Below are positions 27,074 to 38,966 of a DNA stretch of 64,000 nt, piece after piece. Made by a program: the position numbers and the translations under genes. Under the pieces are notes generated by a model, which had not been told where the DNA came from, did no database searches, and worked only from the letters and a program-made list of their open reading frames with translations. The DNA comes from Lingula anatina (lineage: Eukaryota; Animalia; Brachiopoda), in contig CM120647.1 of NCBI GenBank assembly GCA_051362555.1, positions 13,554,651 to 13,618,650 of the forward strand. The letters are read 5' to 3'. Position 1 is the first letter of the stretch, and every line of letters starts with the position of its first letter.

Positions 27074-28422
27074 TCAACCCGCTCTTCCATTGGCTGAAAG
27101 AAAAAAATGGGTAGAAATGGTAGTGGTCAGTTACACAAGATAATTTATCCTTACTTTACGGCAAATGTCTACACTATACAGTAAGAATAAGTTTGAAACT
27201 ATGTTACAACAAAACTTTCGACCAAAAAGTTGGACTTGGCTTTCAGATCGAAATTCTAGTCCATTTTGAAACAAAATTAAGTAACAGCAGTTCACATAAT
27301 TGCAATACTGCGTATTGTGTATAACATGAAACGTGTAATTTGCCAGAGAGCACCCGTGCAATCAGGGACATGATGATTTCATGCAGAAAGAAACTCATTC
27401 CCCATTCGATATTTTCTTTCATAAGTACCTGTTGGTCCCTCCGTCTGTGTTGGTGTCAAATAATCTTTTTTCTCTCCCTCTGCTGCTTTCTTGCTGTACC
27501 TTGCTATGAGCTTAGCCATGAGGGCCCGATATCTAATGTCGAAGTGGCGCCGTTTTTTATCCTTTCCATTAATTTCCTGAAGCAAAAAGATGTTAGAATG
27601 CCTTAAAATATAAACGATGGCCGCGGCTAATTGACAGTGAACCGGGAGAACACGCAGGCAAGTCCTGGAAGCCATATGCAGAAGACAGGGGTCAGTCTCA
27701 ACAGATATAATGGTTCCTTTCTCCCCGATCTATGCCTGGCTTTCTTAAGACAGAACGTGTGGGGTGATTAATAGAGGCTATTCGCCTGGGTATGGCCTCC
27801 TTGTCTGATGAAGATACTCTGTGGGACATCGACATATTAGGGGTAGTACTAGCCATCAATATTAACCGTGAGTGAAAAAAATTACTGTATGTTCACCTTG
27901 ATATGACAGTGAAATCCAGGTATATGATTCAAGATAGAACACTACCCCTTTCAAATATCATAATCTTCATTTATTTTCGATCATTTTACATTGCTGGTTC
28001 AGTCATAACGCACCTTTTCACTGGGTCCCTTGCATTTCTTTCTGATAAAAAGAAAAAGCAACCATTTGGGGGTAGGGATTAAGTTAAATGGGATGGGGAG
28101 AGGAGATCCTTCCCCTACATACTCTAACCATAACCTTGTCCTGGCAACCTTCCATTCGATGTCTGCGTCGTCCTGTAAATATAAAGTAGCAAGGAATTTC
28201 AGCGTGCTTGGTGTAGGAAGCACAAAAATATTTTGCTTTGAATACAGAGAATGTATAACGCTGTTTCGCTTGGTTTATTGTCATTATTATTATAATTATT
28301 ATTATTATTATTATTTGAATCTCTACAGCTCTAAGATGTTCTTTTGGGTCTTTTCTGTGTCAGCTGCTCCATGCAACTTAGACACACAGCACTTTTCGCA
28401 TTATGTGAACTGTTCCAAGGCG

Positions 28423-28505
<83 letters not shown>

Positions 28506-31500
28506 TTTCTGTTTATTGAAATGAATATATTAGACAATTAAGGTATGTATGATTCTACTCAACATCTTTTACTTACATTGATGGCTTCAAAAGAGATTGT
28601 CATCATAGCAATGAGCATATTCATCAACATTATAACAATAACAATATGGAATATAGCCACCATGATGAATCCAACAATCTCCACAAACTCGTGCTTCATG
28701 TGGATTTTTACGGAACTGGAGTCACCCAAGCCAAAGATGGACCACACCAGTGTGCGAAATGTGTTGAAGAACCTGCAAAGGAAAGTGGGTTAGCCAGGGA
28801 AAGCAAAGTTCAAAGAAATCAACCTAGGTGGTGGGATCAAGAATGCGATCTATTAAAACAGCTTGAATTCAAATATCTCAATAATTTCAGGAAGTCAAAT
28901 AATCAAAATGATTTAAAAAATATGAGGAAGGTAAGAGTAAGTTTAAGGCACTCTGTGAAACAAAGAAAAATTCTTACACTGCAAAGGAAGTTGAGCAATT
29001 GCACGCTTTAAAAACCACAAAGGAAATGTGGAATTACATAAAGTCTCTGAAAAGTGCTCAGTCTATTAAAAAGAATAATATCAGCCCACAAACATGGCAA
29101 AATCATTTTTACAAGTTATTAAATGAAAATGTAAATGACATAAAAGAGCTTCATAACGTATATCGAACAGTATACTGAATGGTTTGGGCACATACAGCCT
29201 TTAAACAGTTGCAATACTCTAAATGAACCATTCACTATGGATGAACTATCAAATGTTGTACGCACCATGAAAAATGGAAAATTTCCAGGTCCAGATGGAT
29301 TAGTGATTGGAATGTTTAAATATGGCTTCAACCATTTATCACCACTGTTGTTAAATCTTTATAATAATGTATTATTTAGTGGAAAATTTCCCTCTAGCTG
29401 GTGCAATGCCATTCTGTACCCATTGCTCAAAAAAGGAAATGTAAATGTGGCAACAAATTATACAGGAATTGCGCTTTTGAATGTCATGGGAAAAATATTT
29501 ATGAAAATCTTGAGTAACAGGTTTAATAATTGTGCAGTGGAAAATAATACAATGATCGAAGCTCAGGCTGTCTATAAAATTGATTACTCCACTGTCGATC
29601 ACATTTTTACATTGCAGGGTTGCGTACAAAAATACTTTTGTCGAAGAAAAGGCAGATGCTACTGTATTTATAGATTTCTCAGCCGCTTTCGATAGTGTTC
29701 AACATAAATCATTATGGTATGTACTTGCAAAAAATCGTGTAAATGGACATGTCTTCACAGTCTTACTCTCTATGTATTCCCAACTGCAATCATGTGTTCT
29801 AACAAATTTAGGCCTTACTCAGTATTTTAAATGTAACATGGACACTCGACAAGGATGCATGCTAAGTCCTTTTCTATTTACATTATTTATAAATGAATTT
29901 TATCATTGTTTGAACAAGGCTGGATGTCAGGGTATTTACATAAATGCGGTGTTTCCAAATCTCATGTCTTTGCTTTATGCTGATGACATTGTATGCATTT
30001 CAGACACTGTCGGGGGGTTACAGAAACAAATTCATCAATTAGAAAAATATTGCAGTCAGTATGGCATGCTAGTAAATGTCCAAAAGACAAAAATAGTAGT
30101 ATTTAGGAGAGGTGGGAAAATAAAGAAAAATGAAAGGTGGTTTTTCAAGGGCAAAAAATTAGAAGCAGTACCTGCATATAAATACTTAGGAACATATTTT
30201 GGTGCCTTCCTCGGTTGGGGTAAAACTATCCAACATCAAATCAACCAAGCCAAAAAAGCATTATTTGTTGTTAAGTTATATTTGAAAAAAAAAAACCAGG
30301 CATGCATTTCCTTTAAGGAAGCTTTCTTTCTTTTTGATAGAATGATAACACCCATTCTTTTCTATGGTGCTGAGATATGGGGTTATAAACAAGTAGAAAG
30401 CAGGGGCGTAACCAGGCATATGCACGGATGCACTGTGCGTACAATTTTTTGAGCCAACCATGATATTATTCTCCATAAATTCAGTGTATTTTTCACGGAA
30501 TATAATCGTACCTGGGAATTTTCAAAATCTGTCCGTACAATTTTAAAAGGTCTGGTTACGCCCGTGGAAAGTATTGAAATCTTCCAAGCAAAATTTTGTA
30601 GATATTTACTATGTGTTAGTTCAAATACTGTGACGGAAGCTGTACTAGGCGAATGCGGAAGATATCCATTAATTGTGTACCAATTATATGGTAATAGCAT
30701 TAAATATTGGTTAAAGCTTGTACATATGAATGAAGATCGCTGTCCTCTCATGTATATGATATGCTATTTAAATTAGATTCAAGTGGAAGGCACACTTAGG
30801 CCACAGATGTTAAAATGCTGTTATACAGATATGGATTTGTATATCTCTGGGAGGCTCAGGGTGTGGGAAATTCTGTTTTATTTATTAAAGTTTTCAGAGA
30901 AAGATTAGTAGATAATGCTAGCCAAATATGGCACAGTGACATACGTAAGGGCAGCAAACTGGACACTTATTCATTATTTAAGAGTACGTTAATGCGGTGG
31001 CCCACAAGTGCACTCCAAATTCCAAACGACACTCCCAATTCTAAACCTCACACCGAATACTTAAACTCCACTCCGAATTCGTAAACCTCACTCCGAATTC
31101 GCAAACCTCACTCCGAATTCAAAAAGCTCACTCCCAATTCCACTATGCCAATTCTCATCAAAGTTCTCTTCGAGAAATCAGTTTACGTCACAAGGTCAAT
31201 TGACTTCTCCAGCTATTTTCAGTATTTTTCACAATTACACACACACACATACACACACTCTCTCTCGCCAGGGACACAAATTGGGGGCAAGAAGCAATTT
31301 ACAGGTTTACCATTATAAATAAAAGGACAAATTAAGTGACACTGCTCCCAATTTTCTCAACATAGGATTGATACTACTAATAATCCATACATGTCAGGGG
31401 TGGATCCAGGATTATTTGAAGGGGGATCTGTTTTTTTTTTTGTTTGTTTTGATTTTTTTTTTTTTTTGGAATGGCAGGCTGCACATGCAGAGCTGCCCCC

Positions 31501-33210
31501 CCCCTTCCTTATAGGGCGAACAGTGCTATTTGGTACGTTTTAGAACTATTATTCAAAATTCTAATTTTAACATTGGTGTGATTTTTTTTACAGAATTCAA
31601 AAGGGGGGTCAAGACCCCCCTCACACGCCTCCCCCCCCATCCACCACTGCATGTTATTCATTCGAAATCGATTAATAAAGTGTAATTAATCTGATTAATT
31701 TCAATTATTAGATTATCTATGATCTTAGATGAATATTTCAGCTGCAAAAGAGTGAGGGGCTACTAATTACTATTATCAAGTATACTCGGTTTTATAACAG
31801 GTACATGTGTAGGCCTACAGTATATGATAATACGGATTGTTTTGCCCATTTATAAATAATATAAGCCAATGTCGACACCCTGAAACATGTTATCTGTATT
31901 AAACATTCATTTCAAAATAATCATGTGAAAATGCTTGAAGTTGTAAATAATAAATAACGCACGTTTATTTACATACATGTAGTGCATAAATCTGTTCCTT
32001 CCAACGCTGTTTCAACTCGTAATTCTGTTCTCATATTCATAATACATGTATAATTCCTTAAAACGACACACACAAGAAAACACGTAAACATAATATATTT
32101 TAATTGTGACTTGCTGTTAAGTACATGTATGTTAATCCCTATTTTCTTCATTTCTTCTATTTCCTTGAGCTTAAAAGGGTCATACGTCTACGTCATCATT
32201 TTGTGAATGGGAATACAGCGCACCAAGTAGTATGAAAAATAACTAGTTTTCACACGAAGCCCTCTTTTGGCAAAATCCCCTAGCCCATCTTAGAATATTA
32301 CTTCCGACTTTATACGGCAGTGAACGGGATTAAAATATGAATTCGGAGTGAGGTTTACGAATTCGGAGTGAGCTTTTTCAATTCGGAGTGAGGTTTACGA
32401 ATTCGGAGTGAGCTTTTTCAATTCGGAGTGAGGTTTACGAATTCGGAGTGGGGTTTACGAATTAGGAGTGAGGTTTGCGAATTTGGAGTGAGCTTTTTCA
32501 ATTCGGAGTGAGGTTTGCGAATTCGGAGTGGGGTTTACGAATTCGGAGTGAGGTTTGCGAATTCGGAGTGGGGTTTACGGATTTGGAGTGAGGTTTGCGA
32601 ATTCGGAGTGAGCTTTTTCAATTTGGAGTGAGGTTTACAAATTCGGAGTGGGGTTTACGAATTCGGAGTGGGGTTTAAGAATTGAGAGTGAAGTTTAAGT
32701 ATTCGGTGTGAGGTTTAGAATTGGGAGTGTCGTTTGGAATTTGGAGTGCACTTGTGGGCCACCGTACGTTAACACTGGAGTGTTACTTATTAAGCGTTAA
32801 AAATGTAAAACATAGAACCTCACTAGCAAGATTCAGATGCACAAATCACCTACTAAATATTGAGAACGGTAGATGGAGAGGTATAGAAAGATGCAATAGA
32901 CTCTGTTTAATCTGTAAAAAACATAATATTTATAATGTTGAAGACGAATACCATTTTTGATGACACGTGTAGCATATACAGAATTAAGAGAAAAATATCT
33001 GCCAGTGAATAAACCTACTAAAGAAAGTTTATTAAGATTAATGACTACAAAAAACACAAATTTAATATCAAATTTAATTTAATATCACAAATTTAATATT
33101 TAATATATTTATATCTAGCTGCTTATATATTTAATGCTTTTTTATTAAGAAAAGAAATTTTGGGTCACTGACAAAAAATAATAATACTTAATACTTCTCA
33201 TGGACTTTAC

Positions 33211-33256
<46 letters not shown>

Positions 33257-34483
33257 TTGTACTATGGACCGGAGGCCTTGAAAAACTGAATAAAACTGAA
33301 ACTACTACCTGCAAAAACACGCTTGGGGCTATATGAACAAATAAGCAGGTTCAACAGTTAAGCTTAGACAACGCTCTGCAGGCAATATAACATTTTGATT
33401 TAACAATACACATTAATTTAACATCTGTCAACCAAAACTATGGTACCTTGTAAATGTTTTTATCTCAAATTATAAACAAACAAAACAAAGGGTCCGTGTA
33501 ACAGACAGTCCTCCCTCCATATAGTTAAAATGATTTGGGTTATAGTCTCACCTAAGTTGGTCAAACTTTAGGGCGAGGCTCACCTGAATGGGAAGCCGGC
33601 TCTCTATCATGGGTGACACCGGTATCATGATATTTTAAGATTCTACCATATACACTAAACATATGCCTACTTTAAAAGAGAATAATAATCATAATTTAGG
33701 GAATTGATGAGCAAATATGAGGAGAGCGCATTGCCCATATGTACTAGAGGGAGCCTATTTATAAAGCATGGTTTTTGTAACTAGTTACCCGTAAAATGCA
33801 GAATTAGTCTCCGACCCATCTGGGAGTGTTTGGCCCGCATAGAAGTGGTAGTGGTTGTGCAGTCCAACCGTGAAGGCAACGAATACAATCAGCAGCAAGG
33901 CAGTAAAGCGAAAGACATCTTTGATCATCTTGCCTAAAAATTGTCAAGCCACGTTTTATTCAGAGCACTAATGACGTCACAATTACGTCACAACGAGAAA
34001 AAATTGACAGACAAGGCGAATCTGATTTCAAAATTTTTCAACATTTACTAGCTGTATAGAGTTAAAGAAAGGAGAAGCATACTGTTTTACCAAACCGTGA
34101 CCTCATTTACCTTATTGCCTATTCTACCCATGCTTATGCATGTAGATTCATTTGTAACAAAATCATTGTTGCTTAAATCAAAGTATACGCACTTACCCAA
34201 AACAACTAGAAGTGGACCGACAGACTCAAAGGCCGGTAAAATGTATACCAGTCTTGAAAAACTTATGGTGTTCGCCAACGCAAACAGGGCATCTGCTATT
34301 ATTTCTGGATCATTTGGCTCCCATTCGAACCGGCCTGCAAAAGCAAAGGCTTAAATAATACACATATACTCTATTTTATACAATTATAAATAGAATATTA
34401 GAAGCAAGTAACTTAGATTAAAATAAGAAAAAAAATCTGAGACTGACACGACTAAATGTGATACAAGATAGATCAGTTTAAAA

Positions 34484-34516
<33 letters not shown>

Positions 34517-37500
34517 GGAAAATAAGAGCATCGACTAGAGATCACTTAAACTATCACTATCACTTGGGTGAGCGAAGCTGAAACGTACTGCGCAGATAAC
34601 ACAATTAGAGCCATGCATAATGGAATTAATTCAGTCCAACCAACCTTTCTTGTAATAATATGTGTACGCTTCTGTTATCTCTCGGTCACCACCCAGTGCA
34701 GCTTGCCTTGTCTTGACAACCGACACTAAATGGCAGACAAACGAGGCAAAATAGAAGAAAATCAAGAGGATATCCAAAATGTTGAAGGCGCTGTGGAAGT
34801 AACGTATTCCCTGGTGACGCAACTGCTTCATCTCAGCCCCAAAATAACCTATAAAATAAAATATTTTATTATGATATTCGTATTAAAGAAATCCAATGGG
34901 TACATGTGTGTAAGTTAGGATTGATAAAAAGAAATATGGCATTTTTATTCAGAGGTTACTCAAGACATAATATATATAGCAAGAAAGCACTGGTAGTTTT
35001 GAACATACTTCAATTGTTGAAATTTTAGCAGAACTTTGATAGACTAATACAATCATGATGTATTTTAAGGATACTGTCACCCTTCACCCAAAATTCCCTA
35101 TTTACTACCTAACATACATTCTTTTGGGTAATAGAAAATCTTCAACGTCCACTGACGAAATTAATGAACATTATACTGTCATCTTACAGGCGACGTCATA
35201 AATGCGATAAAATAAAAACTAAAAAAATCGGTTTTTCATATTTCTCTTTTTACCTGGTCACCCTTGATCACGGTTGCAACGCTGATTTAATGACACCAGC
35301 GCTTTTTTTAAAGTCTCAATTCAGAGTTTATTGTTGATAAAGCAAAATTATCACTTTGTTTAATGTAAATCCGTAATTGGGGGCTCATAACTTAACAAAA
35401 ACATTCAAATCAATATAATGGTTCGGGATTGTAGCCGATACACGCACGGTCAATTACGCTAAATTTCTTGATAAAATCATGTTCAGGGGTGAAATTACGC
35501 TCTACCGATTGCTATCTCACATCAAAATAGATTTTTGTTCAATTGACATTTACTACGTCGAGTTTCCTATGCTTATACATTTAACAGAAAATATAAATTT
35601 TTTAAATCATCACAGAGATAGGTGTATTATTGAATAATTAGATTCAGGAAAAAAAACTCATTTTCGGTATCTGGGTGATAATGAAGGGTTACAATACCCT
35701 TAATTTTGTATATAAAAAAACTGGTACATATTGATATATTGACACCTTGCCAATTGTTGGAATTACTTTCAATGCATTTGTACCTTACCTATCACGTAGA
35801 TAAATATTGCATACTCGGACCATCGGAAATCTGTGGAATGGACGACGTTCGTTTTATCATGGGGCAAAAAGTACATCGTCAGGATCAGAAGAAATGTGAA
35901 ATAGGAGAGACTTCCGGTGTAGAACTTGACACAAGGAGTCTGCAAGAACATGTTGTTCCACTTGATAAGTTTACTCTACAAAAAGAAAGAATTAAAGCTG
36001 CAATCAGAACAGATAATCCGCAGACTATAGAACGTATTCAGAACAGCGGACTAACTTATCTGCGGAACAAATATGACCGACCCACTTGAATGGTTGTTGA
36101 GTAATCCCCGCCGGGAACCTATTGATCTCGTTTTTTAAATGGGTCGCCATATTTGATCCGCCGATGTGTTAGTTCGCTGTTCTAAATGCGTTTTGACAAC
36201 ATGCAGTTAGTTGCCGGATTAAATATGGCCGACCCCACTTGAAAACAAGGGCGTACAATCCCTAATGACCTCCACGCCTACCACACGTACGATCCTTGCA
36301 CGGGGCTGGCAATTAAATCTCGGAACCGTTCTAATTAAGCTTTTATTGCTACTGTTACGGTAGATAATATATGCCTCGAGTACACTGTCCGATGTTAAAG
36401 ATCAAAAGGAATTATTAAATCATTGCTCGACCAAATATATTAAAATTAATCAGTCGAACGTATTCACTTGTTAAACATACCTTTTTCTCCAGTGTGTCAA
36501 AGGCTCCGAACAGAATGTAAATCAGGAACAGCATAATCCAAATTGGCAACGCCAGCACGATTAAGATCGTCTTCAGAAAATTGTGTGTGGTCAGCATTCG
36601 GCGTCTTATATTCGGATCTACGCCATAAAACAGCATACTTAAGTGCCTTTGGACGTATGGGTGGGCTACAATCTGAAATACGGTTTTAAAGAAGTGACTT
36701 TGTACTCAACTGCCGTTGCACTTTGCAGTTGTTAGCTTGTTTATTCTCATAAATAAGTGAAAATGGTCATAAGCTCAGAAGTTGGATCATGTGTGACAGT
36801 TATTTAACACAAAACGAAAAGAAGTCTAGGGCTTCGTTCACATGCAATGTCTATTTTCTAAATTCTATTTTCTATTCGCGCTATCTTATGATCACGGTCT
36901 GTGCACTGAATATCCCGCGGCGTAATTACTGGCAGCGTGAGCCAGTTACTATAAGTTACTATAAGTAACTGGCTCGCGCTGCCAGTAATTACGCGGCGGG
37001 ATATTCAGTGCACAGACCGTGATCATAAGATAGCGCGAATAGAAAATAGAATTTAGAAAATAGACATTGCATGTGAACGAAGCCTAGATCGTTAGCTTGC
37101 GGCCAACCTGAACGTAAGCCAGTACGCCTTCTTCAGACTGACTCGAGTTTCTACTATGATAGACAATGCAACGCCTTATGCAAGTGACAATTTATTTGTT
37201 GGTGGGGAAAGGCTATAATCGTGACTAAAGCTCATCCTACATTGTACCTTCTTGGGTCCTTCATCCATAACTTCCCGCACTAACGCTAATTCTGAACACT
37301 CATTGGTCGATTTATCCAGGATAAAGGACAGCTCCTCTCTCCCCCGGACCAGGTCCAGCATCTCCCAGGCAAACATCTCGCATTTCTTGGTCAGTTCAAG
37401 GTATTCTGACTGTGTGAAAGGGAAAATCTGCATAATCACAGTGACACAGAATAAGTTATGGTCACGACTGCCAAACACAAACTCCGTTTCTGTATGTAAG

Positions 37501-38896
37501 AGGGAAGGAGGCGTGAGTGTATGTGTGCGTGATCACATTTTACCAATTTGAAGTTCACCTACTTCTCTTTATCACTTGAAGATTAGCGTTTTGAGACATC
37601 AGAAAGCCCTCCGATTCACGCATGACACATCATTTTGATACCCACACACAGCAATGCATATCATGCGAGCGTGGATTTCCAGTACTCATTTACATGTATT
37701 GGGAACCCATTTTCGCTAGTTTTCTACAAGACTCAATATGATTGTCATGACAAAGGATGAACCGAGTTAATCACTCAACCAGCCATAGAAGAGCTTTAAA
37801 ACGTTTTTTTTTTCAAATGTTTGGTCGTAAACTGACAAATATATCCGAGTCTTACGTGCTTATATACAGCACAGCAAGTAAGCAGATGCTGTCCGTTCAA
37901 ATCTCATTTTAATGGTCAAATGAAAGGATGCTACAAGTTATACAACATGCATTTGAAACTACCCCCGGTATATCGTGGAATTTGGTCGGTATTTGAAACA
38001 AATACTACAGATTATATTTAAACTAGCAAAAGGTTCCATGTATCTTTACTATCCGACATTATTAAATAATTTCACAAATCCACATTCATCTACTTTAATT
38101 TGCATTTAATGATTCATCCTTAACCATTTATTTCACAAAGTACCTTGAATTCTTTATCCTGTTCTGCCATGGTGAAAAGCTTTTTCCTCAGCTCCAGAGC
38201 CGTCTTTACAGGGTTTTCCTGCGTGAGAAGATAGGCCGATGACGTCATAGCCCTATACGCGTTCACACGATAAAGCGCGTGATTCAGCGTGTCACTTCGG
38301 TCGAGATAACAGTTGCAGAAATAATCGTGAGGGTCGGCGATTTTCAACTGCGCCTCCTCCTTCAGTAATAGGCAAACCTGGAAATCGTTTTTTATCGCTG
38401 CCTGTAGCATTGGGTTGTACATGTAGTTAACATCCTTCTCTGAGAAGGATAACCACTGCTTTAGTGCTCGCTTGATCTCGTCCATGTTCGTCCCGTCGAC
38501 TATCGCCCTCCGAAGGGTTTCTCTGCTGATCATTGCTGCCAATGGCTTGCCCTCTACAGAGTGGTGGGAAGGTTGCTGTGGTCCTTCATCTTCAGAACTT
38601 GAGGACGAAGCACAGTCACAGCAGAGGGCAAATCCTGAAATATAGGATGTTGTTTTTAGCCTTGGGGGGCCGCTCGTGCAGCAATCGAGGACGCATATAT
38701 AAAATTAATATACAGAGGGTTGCTTATAGTATTTAGCGTTCAATTATTCTACATCAAAACAGACTTATACTGTGCAACCCAAGTCACCTGACAAGAAGAT
38801 GGACCGAGAAAAGCACAAAAAGCACACAAAATGAAAATGCCTTATAAGACCCGTATGGATTTAAAGGAAGGAACAATATATTAGGTAGTCAGAGAG

Positions 38897-38966
<70 letters not shown>

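Larger units (their letters stand above)
30993..32766. mobile_element. Non-autonomous DNA transposon with long TIRs, 20-bp subterminal repeats and 6-bp TSD (IS3EU-like)
   Basis: ~75-bp TIR T(G/A)CGGTGGCCCACAAGTGCACTCC...; TSD CGTTAA at 30987-30992 and 32767-32772. Removing it restores the LINE frame [11 protein letters not shown]. Confidence 0.88.
28780..33306 (+). mobile_element. 5'-truncated, frameshifted RTEX-like LINE in TRP-A intron 8, carrying nested insertions
   Basis: RT motifs [45 protein letters not shown]-terminal C..C..EDEYHF at 32721-32960. AATAAA with an ACTGAA/ACT tail. 9-bp TSD ACCTGCAAA at 28771-28779 and 33307-33315. Confidence 0.92.
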
